DNA of 64,000 bases from a virus: IMG/VR virus record IMGVR_UViG_3300043410_001823, positions 1-64,000 of that record. The stretch is one strand, 5' to 3'. The translations under genes were made by a program, and so were the position numbers. Below are positions 1-5,909 of this stretch, in pieces (position 1 is the stretch's first letter; the number at the start of each line of letters is the position of its first letter). Under the pieces are notes generated by a model. That model saw only the letters and a list, made by a program, of their open reading frames with translations. It was not told where the DNA came from and searched no databases.

Positions 1-28
1 ACCCTAATCACTAGTGGATTAGGTTCTT

Positions 29-99
29 ATCGCATAAGTGTTACGGTAGCACAACGGCTTCCAAACCCGTTGGACGAGGTTCGATTCCTTGATGCGGTG
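29..99 (+). tRNA. tRNA-Trp(CCA)
   Basis: Cloverleaf: acceptor ATCGCAT/ATGCGGT, loop TTCCAAA, T-loop TTCGATT, discriminator G; C-C mismatch at the base of the anticodon stem. Confidence 0.85.
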
Positions 100-104
100 C
101 AAAC

Positions 105-292
105 AAGACTACGACGGTAGGCTTGGAATATGGCTGAACGAATCTCTTTGTCAGCAAGGGGAGAGTAAAGCATACTGGGGGATTAGCGTCCTGATCTTAG
201 CGGGTCTAACTGGTAGTCGGATGAAAGCGTATATCACATACAATGGTATTGTTGACTTATCCGTGGTGGTAAAAGGCAATCCACCTATTCAC
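105..292 (+). ncRNA. Candidate structured ncRNA following tRNA-Trp
   Basis: Nested helices GACTAC/GTAGTC, CGGTAGGCTT/AAGCATACTG, GGATGA/TTATCC, GGTGG/CCACC; two hairpins with identical TTAGCG loops; the overlapping ORF starts inside the tRNA and has no RBS. Confidence 0.55.
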
Positions 293-296
293 AATT

Positions 297-347
297 AAAA
301 AACTATTGCAGGGGTTCCCTAAGTTGAAGCGAATGCAATAGTTTTTT
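297..347 (+). terminator. 14-bp inverted repeat ending in a T-run (terminator-like)
   Basis: AAAAAACTATTGCA(297-310)/TGCAATAGTTTTTT(334-347) around a 23-nt interior. Confidence 0.5.
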
Positions 348-370
348 TACCTTTTGTAGTATAATTATAT

Positions 371-445
371 GGCAGTGTAGAGCAGTTCGGAGTGCTCGTC
401 AGTCTCATAAACTGAAGGTCATTGGTTCAAATCCAATCACTGCCA
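371..445 (+). tRNA. tRNA-Met(CAT)
   Basis: GGCAGTG/CACTGCC acceptor, loop CTCATAA, initiator-like D arm but no GGG/CCC anticodon stem; TATAAT just upstream. Confidence 0.85.
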
Positions 446-446
446 C

Positions 447-519
447 GCCTTGTTAGCTCAGTGGCCAGAGCATCCGCCTTGTAAGCGGAGGGTCGTCAGT
501 TCAACTCTGACACGAGGCT
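447..519 (+). tRNA. tRNA-Thr(TGT)
   Basis: Cloverleaf, TCCGC-CTTGTAA-GCGGA. Confidence 0.9.
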
Positions 520-520
520 C

Positions 521-635
521 GAAGATATATCTGATGGAGGACTGGGTAGCTTCCAGTAAAGTTGTGGTAGGTTCTAAGACTAATACAATCACTGTGTGCA
601 CACACATTGGACATCTTGGAAGTAAGATATATCTC
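521..635 (+). ncRNA. Candidate multibranch ncRNA between tRNA-Thr and tRNA-Ile
   Basis: Closed by palindromic AGATATATCT at 523-532 and 625-634, with three internal hairpins; no T-loop. Confidence 0.5.
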
Positions 636-637
636 AT

Positions 638-711
638 AGTGGTATAGCTCAATTGGTTAGAGCACTTGTCTGATACACAAGAGGTTTCTGGTTCAATTCC
701 AGATATCACTA
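638..711 (+). tRNA. tRNA-Ile(GAT)
   Basis: Cloverleaf, CTTGT-CTGATAC-ACAAG. Confidence 0.9.
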
Positions 712-712
712 C

Positions 713-742
713 TTGACATACAAAACAAAAGTATGTTATAAT
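713..742 (+). promoter_or_regulatory. Sigma70/SigA-type promoter of the leader plus tRNA operon
   Basis: TTGACA(713-718)-18 nt-TATAAT(737-742), with TG one base upstream of the -10. Confidence 0.85.
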
Positions 743-770
743 TAATTATCGTTATATGAAGGGACGAAAA

Positions 771-833
771 ATGATACAGCATAGCTTGTCTTATCAATCG
801 CAACTGCGTTTATTTTTCGTGCCTAAAATATAA
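771..833 (+). CDS. Leader peptide MIQHSLSYQSQLRLFFVPKI (attenuator uORF)
   Basis: SD-like GAAGGGA upstream, ATG 771, TAA 831-833 overlapping the antiterminator strand; codons mirror the downstream tRNAs; in-frame alternative ATG at 756. Confidence 0.8.
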   Translation: MIQHSLSYQSQLRLFFVPKI

Positions 834-885
834 CGGGATTCACTTTTAATTAAATCCCGTTCTTTGACTAGGACGGGATTTTTTT
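832..885 (+). terminator. Attenuator: antiterminator (832-840/853-861) versus intrinsic terminator (852-863/870-881 plus U-tract)
   Basis: AACGGGATT pairs with AATCCCGTT; AAATCCCGTTCT pairs with AGGACGGGATTT running into TTTT; the shared middle strand makes them mutually exclusive. Confidence 0.85.
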
Positions 886-889
886 ATTT

Positions 890-962
890 GCTATCGTAGC
901 TCAATTGGAAGAGCATGTGTCTGAAGAACACAGGGTTAATGGTTCGATTCCATTCGTTAGCA
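890..962 (+). tRNA. tRNA-Phe(GAA)
   Basis: Cloverleaf, TGTGT-CTGAAGA-ACACA. Confidence 0.9.
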
Positions 963-966
963 CTAA

Positions 967-1039
967 GGACGCATAACTCAATTGGAAGAGTGCTTGCTTT
1001 ACACGCAAGAAGTTGTAGGTTCAAGTCCTACTGTGTCTA
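967..1039 (+). tRNA. tRNA-Val(TAC)
   Basis: Cloverleaf, CTTGC-TTTACAC-GCAAG. Confidence 0.9.
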
Positions 1040-1040
1040 C

Positions 1041-1126
1041 GGAAGATTGGCTGAGTGGTCTAAAGCAATCGGTTGCTAACTGATCGTACGAAAGTACCAT
1101 AGGTTCGAATCCTATATCTTCCGCCA
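1041..1126 (+). tRNA. tRNA-Ser(GCT)
   Basis: Long variable arm, ATCGG-TTGCTAA-CTGAT, encoded CCA. Confidence 0.92.
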
Positions 1127-1127
1127 A

Positions 1128-1199
1128 CCGAATGTAGTGAAATGGTATCACGCCTGTTTTGGGTACAGGAGACTGGGAGTTCGATTCTCTCTATTCGGA
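1128..1199 (+). tRNA. tRNA-Pro(TGG)
   Basis: Cloverleaf, CCTGT-TTTGGGT-ACAGG. Confidence 0.9.
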
Positions 1200-1203
1200 C
1201 GAA

Positions 1204-1288
1204 GGAAGGGCAAACCAATTGGCGATGGTAGCTGTCTTGAAAACAGTCGAGTGTAAAAGCCTTAGGAGTTCGATTCTCCTCCCTTCCG
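1204..1288 (+). tRNA. tRNA-Ser(TGA)
   Basis: Long variable arm, GCTGT-CTTGAAA-ACAGT. Confidence 0.88.
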
Positions 1289-1292
1289 CTAG

Positions 1293-1365
1293 ATCCTCAT
1301 AGCTCAGCGAATAGAGTGTTTGGCTACGAACCAAAAGGTCGCAGGTTTGAATCCTGCTGAGGATA
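1293..1365 (+). tRNA. tRNA-Arg(ACG)
   Basis: Cloverleaf, TTTGG-CTACGAA-CCAAA; T-loop variant TTTGAAT. Confidence 0.85.
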
Positions 1366-1369
1366 CGAA

Positions 1370-1449
1370 GTACCACACGCTTCAAGGTGGAGCAGCGGAC
1401 TGTAAATCCGTCGTCTTAGACATGCTTGGTTCGATTCCAAGGTGGTGCA
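1370..1449 (+). tRNA. tRNA-Tyr(GTA)
   Basis: GCGGA-CTGTAAA-TCCGT, extended variable arm. Confidence 0.88.
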
Positions 1450-1450
1450 C

Positions 1451-1522
1451 GGTGACATTAGCTCAATGGTAGAGCATTCGGTTGTGGTCCGAAGTACGTA
1501 GGTTCGATTCCTACATGTCACA
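1451..1522 (+). tRNA. tRNA-His(GTG)
   Basis: G-1 encoded, TTCGG-TTGTGGT-CCGAA. Confidence 0.88.
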
Positions 1523-1526
1523 CTAA

Positions 1527-1598
1527 TTCTCCTTCGTCCAATCGGTAGGACGCCAGGTTTTGGCCCTGGAAATGTTGGTTCGAACCCAGCGGGAGAAG
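1527..1598 (+). tRNA. tRNA-Gln(TTG)
   Basis: CCAGG-TTTTGGC-CCTGG. Confidence 0.88.
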
Positions 1599-1602
1599 CA
1601 AA

Positions 1603-1675
1603 GCTTCATTAGCCCAACGGAAGAGGCATCGGATTCAAAGCCCGATCAGTATAGGTTCAAATCCTATATGAAGCA
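1603..1675 (+). tRNA. tRNA-Leu(CAA), short variable arm
   Basis: TCGGA-TTCAAAG-CCCGA, Leu-type D arm, A73. Confidence 0.82.
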
Positions 1676-1676
1676 C

Positions 1677-1748
1677 GTCCCTATAGCTCAGTGGTAGAGC
1701 AGCAGACTTTTAATCTGCGGGTCCTTGGTTCGAGACCAAGTGGGGACA
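1677..1748 (+). tRNA. tRNA-Lys(TTT)
   Basis: GCAGA-CTTTTAA-TCTGC. Confidence 0.92.
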
Positions 1749-1749
1749 C

Positions 1750-1823
1750 GCTCCATTAGTCCAATTGGTAGAGGCGCTAGACTTAGAATCTAGATGTTGT
1801 AAGTTCGAGTCTTACATGGAGCA
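1750..1823 (+). tRNA. tRNA-Leu(TAG), short variable arm
   Basis: CTAGA-CTTAGAA-TCTAG. Confidence 0.85.
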
Positions 1824-1852
1824 CAGACTATTTAAATGATATACTTGATTTT

Positions 1853-2482
1853 ATGAAAGATACAATGTTTTTAATGGGTGATTGTCATTTGCGTCCCCTT
1901 AGTCTTGCAGTTTTTAATGTAGCAAATGATTATGATCATGAGTATAGATATAATTTAATTGAAAATGGAGAAATAGAAGCTTTTTTATCTGTTTCTAATC
2001 AAACAAAAATGCTAAATATATATTCAAAGCCAAGCAAAGCATATAGCATTAAATTAGATAATGAAAAGTTTAAAGAATTTAATAGTGATAAGGTGTCAAT
2101 GTTATTTATGTGGGGATACTCTGACATATTTGATTATAAAAAAAATAGAAGCTTAAAGCCAGCCGTAGATAATTATTTAAATCAAATTACATTTAATTTT
2201 AATTTAACAGATATTACTCTTGCATATCCAATAAGAATGTGGAAGTTTTGGAATGGAGAGCAATCTGATATATATGAAGAATGGTGTGATCTTTTAACAT
2301 CAAAAGCTAAAGAGCTAGGATTAAAAAAACCTATGAATATTTTTGATAAAAAATATGATGATATTTTTGCAAACAAAGATAACTACGACCTTGATCATTT
2401 AAAGTGGTGGGTATATTATGACGTTTGGTTTGATATACTTAATAATTTTATAGATTTGCCAAATACCAAAACAATACAATAG
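1853..2482 (+). CDS. Hypothetical SGNH/GDSL-hydrolase-like protein
   Basis: N-terminal FLMGDCH and C-terminal DHL resemble SGNH blocks I and V; similar layout to 7409..8140. Confidence 0.5.
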   Translation: MKDTMFLMGDCHLRPLSLAVFNVANDYDHEYRYNLIENGEIEAFLSVSNQTKMLNIYSKPSKAYSIKLDNEKFKEFNSDKVSMLFMWGYSDIFDYKKNRSLKPAVDNYLNQITFNFNLTDITLAYPIRMWKFWNGEQSDIYEEWCDLLTSKAKELGLKKPMNIFDKKYDDIFANKDNYDLDHLKWWVYYDVWFDILNNFIDLPNTKTIQ

Positions 2483-2497
2483 AATAATTAATAAGAG

Positions 2498-2570
2498 GCC
2501 CTTCTAGCCCAGCGGTAGAGGCGGTGGACTTAAAATCCATACAGCACTGGTTCGAATCCAGTGAGGGGCA
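2498..2570 (+). tRNA. tRNA-Leu(TAA), short variable arm
   Basis: GTGGA-CTTAAAA-TCCAT, T-loop TTCGAAT. Confidence 0.88.
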
Positions 2571-2571
2571 C

Positions 2572-2600
2572 TTGACTTTTTATAACAAACAAAGTAGAAT
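2572..2600 (+). promoter_or_regulatory. Promoter TTGACT-17-TAGAAT
   Basis: Near-consensus boxes; ATG of the next gene lies 6 nt after the -10. Confidence 0.6.
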
Positions 2601-2606
2601 AGAGAT

Positions 2607-3104
2607 ATGCAAACATTCTTACCACACTATAATCTGATCGAGTCTGCAAAAGCTTTAGATAATAAAAGGCTTAATAAACAAATTTTAGAAGGTTATCAGA
2701 TTCTTAAGGTTCTTTCTAATGCTACCCCGTCAGGTGCATGGCGTAACCATCCCGCTGTACTGATGTGGAAAGGTCATGAGTTTTCATTGCGTACATATGT
2801 GCGTAGTATGGCTTTTGAAGCTAAATTTCGTGGCATCAAAACAGAAAACAACATGCGTAACCTAGAAGAATTAGAGGCTCAGTACGGCGATTCGTGGGGC
2901 TCTGGAATGCCACGGTGGTTTACATCCGACGAAATGCTACGTATTACAGCTACGCATAAAGCTCGTTTATACGTTAAAGATCCAGAGTATTATTTTGAGT
3001 TTGCAGAATATGTAAATAGTGAGTATAACAAACCATGTTGTGACGGATGCAATTACTACTGGCCTACTCATAAATTCAAGAATAAGGAGAAAAAAAATGG
3101 ATAA
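2607..3104 (+). CDS. Pyrimidine dimer DNA glycosylase-like protein (MSMEG_6728 type)
   Basis: MQTFLP start, LDNKRLNKQILE, W-x-NHPAVLMW, KDPEYY, YYWP motifs. Confidence 0.8.
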   Translation: MQTFLPHYNLIESAKALDNKRLNKQILEGYQILKVLSNATPSGAWRNHPAVLMWKGHEFSLRTYVRSMAFEAKFRGIKTENNMRNLEELEAQYGDSWGSGMPRWFTSDEMLRITATHKARLYVKDPEYYFEFAEYVNSEYNKPCCDGCNYYWPTHKFKNKEKKNG

Positions 3105-3273
3105 AAGCTTTATGATTAGAAAAATTATTATTGATGCAATGGAAAAAGGTTATCGTGAGTATGCAGAACGTACTGGTCAGGATGCAGAACAACTTATTGC
3201 AGACAATCATAAGGGGCTTTTGGGCTTTGCCGATGATGTAACTACAAAGATTATGTTGGTTATTAATAATTAA
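3097..3273 (+). CDS. Hypothetical protein
   Basis: ORF with AGGAG RBS, overlapping the upstream stop. Confidence 0.7.
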   Translation: MDKSFMIRKIIIDAMEKGYREYAERTGQDAEQLIADNHKGLLGFADDVTTKIMLVINN

Positions 3274-3881
3274 GGCATAAAATAATGAGGATTGTATATA
3301 GCCATATCTTGATACGCATACCTTGTTCCTTTTAAAACGGTATCAGTGTAGTGATCATAATTTTGATGAATTTTAAATATCACTAAATCATTTGGTTCTG
3401 GCTTATACCTTAAAGATTGATCTGGAAAACATATTTCTCCACCTTCAAAATTGCCAAAATATAAGCCAATCTTATAGTGTCCTATAATTCTTCTTCTATT
3501 TTCTGCAAAAAAGCTATCACTAACTTGTAAATCCGATCTTTGTCCTTCTTTTAATCTAACAAAACTAGTGTTTTGAAAGATCCAAAAATTGGGTGATAAA
3601 AAATCAAGAATTGGTTTATGTAAATCAGATTCAATTACATCTGGACTTATTTTATCATCCCAATAAGTACCATGAGGAGTAGGATCGTTCCAATCTTTTT
3701 CACTTAAATTATTGATAATGTCATTATATTTATTGAAAATATTTGCATTTAAAAAATTTTTATATACAAATGCCCATTCTTTTAATTGAATAATATTTTT
3801 ATTGATATGAAAATCAACAAAGCCATCATAAGGTTTATCTTTTTTATCAAATTCTACATACAGATGGTCTCTTGGAGACAT
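3270..3881 (-). CDS. 2OG-Fe(II) oxygenase-like protein
   Basis: LYFGNFEGGEICF...P...H...V..G.RY motif; the first HxD motif appears degenerate. Confidence 0.7.
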   Translation of the reverse strand: MSPRDHLYVEFDKKDKPYDGFVDFHINKNIIQLKEWAFVYKNFLNANIFNKYNDIINNLSEKDWNDPTPHGTYWDDKISPDVIESDLHKPILDFLSPNFWIFQNTSFVRLKEGQRSDLQVSDSFFAENRRRIIGHYKIGLYFGNFEGGEICFPDQSLRYKPEPNDLVIFKIHQNYDHYTDTVLKGTRYAYQDMAIYNPHYFMP

Positions 3882-3926
3882 GTCTTAGCCCCTATTCTAA
3901 ATGCTATTAATGATTATATCATTGGT

Positions 3927-3955
3927 TTGACAGTAGGGGAATATTGATGTATAAT
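3927..3955 (+). promoter_or_regulatory. Promoter TTGACA-17-TATAAT
   Basis: Perfect consensus; a divergent TGATATAAT lies on the - strand at about 3913-3921. Confidence 0.75.
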
Positions 3956-3979
3956 AATATTAGTTATAGGTAGGAGATT

Positions 3980-4798
3980 GTGGTGGAAAAAATAGTAGTT
4001 GCCCCTCAAATTGTTATATACAGGGGAATATTTAAAGACAGCTCAGGATTAATCAATACACTGTCTCAGGACAACCCAAACTCTTTGTTTTCTCCTATGC
4101 GAAAATGGTATGAGCAGGGATTGCGTAAAGAGGCAGAAATGACTGACTCGTTATACTCTAAAGATATTTTAGATCCATTTGCTTTGATAGAACAAAATTA
4201 TTTAAAAGAATTTATGGATATTGTTCATTTTATTCAAAAAGATTATTTTAATCAGTTTTCAGGAACTAACGGCATATGGCCAGATTTTATAGAAGACTGG
4301 GATCAACTAACAAACCCAAAGTCATTACTGTACGTAGATTTTTTTAAATATGATTATACTAAAATAAGCAATAATGAAACAACTGGTATCTTGATGGACT
4401 ATCATGTTGATGAATTCTTGATGCCAAACGATAAAAAATCTAAGCGCCATGTAATTACTATTAATCTATATCTTAATGATGATTATTCTGGTGGAGAAAT
4501 TTGTGCTTATGATTCAGTGTCTAACAAGATTTATTCTTTCAAGCCATCTCCTGGCGATATAGTAGTTATGCCATCCTTAGATCCTTTTTATCACGCTGTA
4601 AACAACACGTATAATGCGGATAGATATTTTTTAAGAACATTTATTGATTATGATTTAGTTCAAAAAGATACATACAGCAAAGAAGAGTTAGACGGTATGG
4701 TTGATGGTATGGACAAAGTCGAACAAGACTATGTAAAGAGTCACCTTCAAAGTATTAAACTAATGCTCAACAATGGAATAGAGGTAAGACATGTATAA
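3980..4798 (+). CDS. 2OG-Fe(II) oxygenase, prolyl-4-hydroxylase-like
   Basis: HVD...NLYLNDDYSGGEI...YHAV...RY. Confidence 0.85.
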   Translation: MVEKIVVAPQIVIYRGIFKDSSGLINTLSQDNPNSLFSPMRKWYEQGLRKEAEMTDSLYSKDILDPFALIEQNYLKEFMDIVHFIQKDYFNQFSGTNGIWPDFIEDWDQLTNPKSLLYVDFFKYDYTKISNNETTGILMDYHVDEFLMPNDKKSKRHVITINLYLNDDYSGGEICAYDSVSNKIYSFKPSPGDIVVMPSLDPFYHAVNNTYNADRYFLRTFIDYDLVQKDTYSKEELDGMVDGMDKVEQDYVKSHLQSIKLMLNNGIEVRHV

Positions 4799-5489
4799 CA
4801 TAGATGCTTATGTAGGTAACCCTAACAAAAAATCTGCTCAGATTAAACAGCTTCCTCTGAAGCGTGACTGGATTCATTCAACCACCTATAATTGTTTCCC
4901 CGTTGGCTTTGCAAATACATTTGGGTATGGGGTATATTTTGATGAAGATATCTCTTTTATATGGGATGGAGATGTTGCTAATCCAGCCAAAGCAGTGCTA
5001 GGTAAAGACTATGTTTGGGAAGGACGTGGAGAGGGCACTGTTAGTTTTGTTACAAACTTAGTATTTAAGTCAGATCCAGATGTTAGTCTTATTACCTTGC
5101 CAGTGCCAAATCACTTTATACAGGGTGCATCCGTGATTACGACAATTCTGTCTACATCATTTTTTACTTCAGAGTTTTCTATTGTTCTAAAGATTGATGA
5201 AAATTTTGCAGGGAAAGAAATAACAATTCCTGCTGGAACACCAGTAGCTTGCATCCTTCCAATATCTATTGCACAATTCAATAACTCTACTATAAATATA
5301 AAGCCTGGCCCATTTCCTTTTGAAAGAACTCATGATCGTGATGATTATATTAAAGCCATTAAAGATTTTATGGCAAAGGGAATCAATCCTAGATTCTACA
5401 AAAAGGGTATTGACGAAAAGGGAAACAAAATTGGATCCCATGAAGTTGACAAGTTTGTATTGAATGTACTTGACAAAAGAACTGAATAG
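4791..5489 (+). CDS. DUF6065-like protein
   Basis: RDWI...YNCFPVGFANTFG and GTPVACILP motifs; this family is often found beside phage oxygenases. Confidence 0.6.
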   Translation: MYNIDAYVGNPNKKSAQIKQLPLKRDWIHSTTYNCFPVGFANTFGYGVYFDEDISFIWDGDVANPAKAVLGKDYVWEGRGEGTVSFVTNLVFKSDPDVSLITLPVPNHFIQGASVITTILSTSFFTSEFSIVLKIDENFAGKEITIPAGTPVACILPISIAQFNNSTINIKPGPFPFERTHDRDDYIKAIKDFMAKGINPRFYKKGIDEKGNKIGSHEVDKFVLNVLDKRTE

Positions 5490-5499
5490 GGTATATAAT
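5470..5499 (+). promoter_or_regulatory. Promoter TTGACA-18-TATAAT
   Basis: Perfect hexamers upstream of a micro-ORF chain. Confidence 0.75.
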
Positions 5500-5527
5500 T
5501 TAAGTTATTACTAATAAGGGGTAGAAA

Positions 5528-5599
5528 ATGTATATTGATTTAGTACAAAGCTTTGCTATCATTTTTCTTGGTTTAGCTATTTTAAAGGGGCAGCAGTGA
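5528..5599 (+). CDS. 23-aa hydrophobic microprotein
   Basis: AAGGGGG RBS; MYIDLVQSFAIIFLGLAILKGQQ; GTGA overlap with the next ORF. Confidence 0.55.
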   Translation: MYIDLVQSFAIIFLGLAILKGQQ

Positions 5600-5721
5600 T
5601 TAAATGTAATATTTGTAACGAAGATAATCTTCCTCCAGATCACTTCATTAGCATCCTGCACATGCAAAAACAAGTTGAGTATGAACGTGAAAAGATTAAG
5701 GAACTAGATAGCAATGCTTAA
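5596..5721 (+). CDS. 41-aa CxxC/His microprotein
   Basis: GTG start after AAGGGG; CNIC...H...H. Confidence 0.55.
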   Translation: MIKCNICNEDNLPPDHFISILHMQKQVEYEREKIKELDSNA

Positions 5722-5830
5722 ATTCTTATGGGGTATGTTTTTTGGTTATATTATTGCTTCTATTGAAGTATCTATATGGCTTATTAAAAAAGGTTACCGC
5801 TCTACCTTGGAGGTTCCAGACAATGATTGA
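5714..5830 (+). CDS. 38-aa membrane microprotein
   Basis: AAGGA RBS; MLKFLWGMFFGYIIASIEVSIWLIKKG... Confidence 0.55.
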   Translation: MLKFLWGMFFGYIIASIEVSIWLIKKGYRSTLEVPDND

Positions 5831-5909
5831 TCCACTTTGGCTTATTGCTGCTTTCTTTTGTGGTTGGTTTGTTTCTTATATGCAGAATAAAGATTATGAC
5901 AAACATTGA
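5823..5909 (+). CDS. 28-aa membrane microprotein
   Basis: GGAGG RBS; MIDPLWLIAAFFCGWFVSYMQNKDYDKH. Confidence 0.55.
   Translation: MIDPLWLIAAFFCGWFVSYMQNKDYDKH

Noticed and set aside
29-99. Reading this tRNA as Gly(TCC)
   Set aside because: The stem register centres the loop on TTCCAAA (CCA), and A1-U72 with G73 fits Trp.
131-228. CTGAACGA...GAAA as a hammerhead ribozyme core
   Set aside because: It does not match CUGAnGA, and the helices do not form the required three-way junction.
562-588. TTCTAAG loop read as an amber suppressor (CTA) tRNA, implying recoding
   Set aside because: No T arm or proper acceptor stem. Long genes are intact in code 11 and TAG is used as a normal stop (for example at 2482 and 5489).
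89-1521. ORF-track ORFs at 89, 450, 458, 1191 and 1324
   Set aside because: They overlap tRNA genes or structured RNA and have no RBS; these are chance frames.
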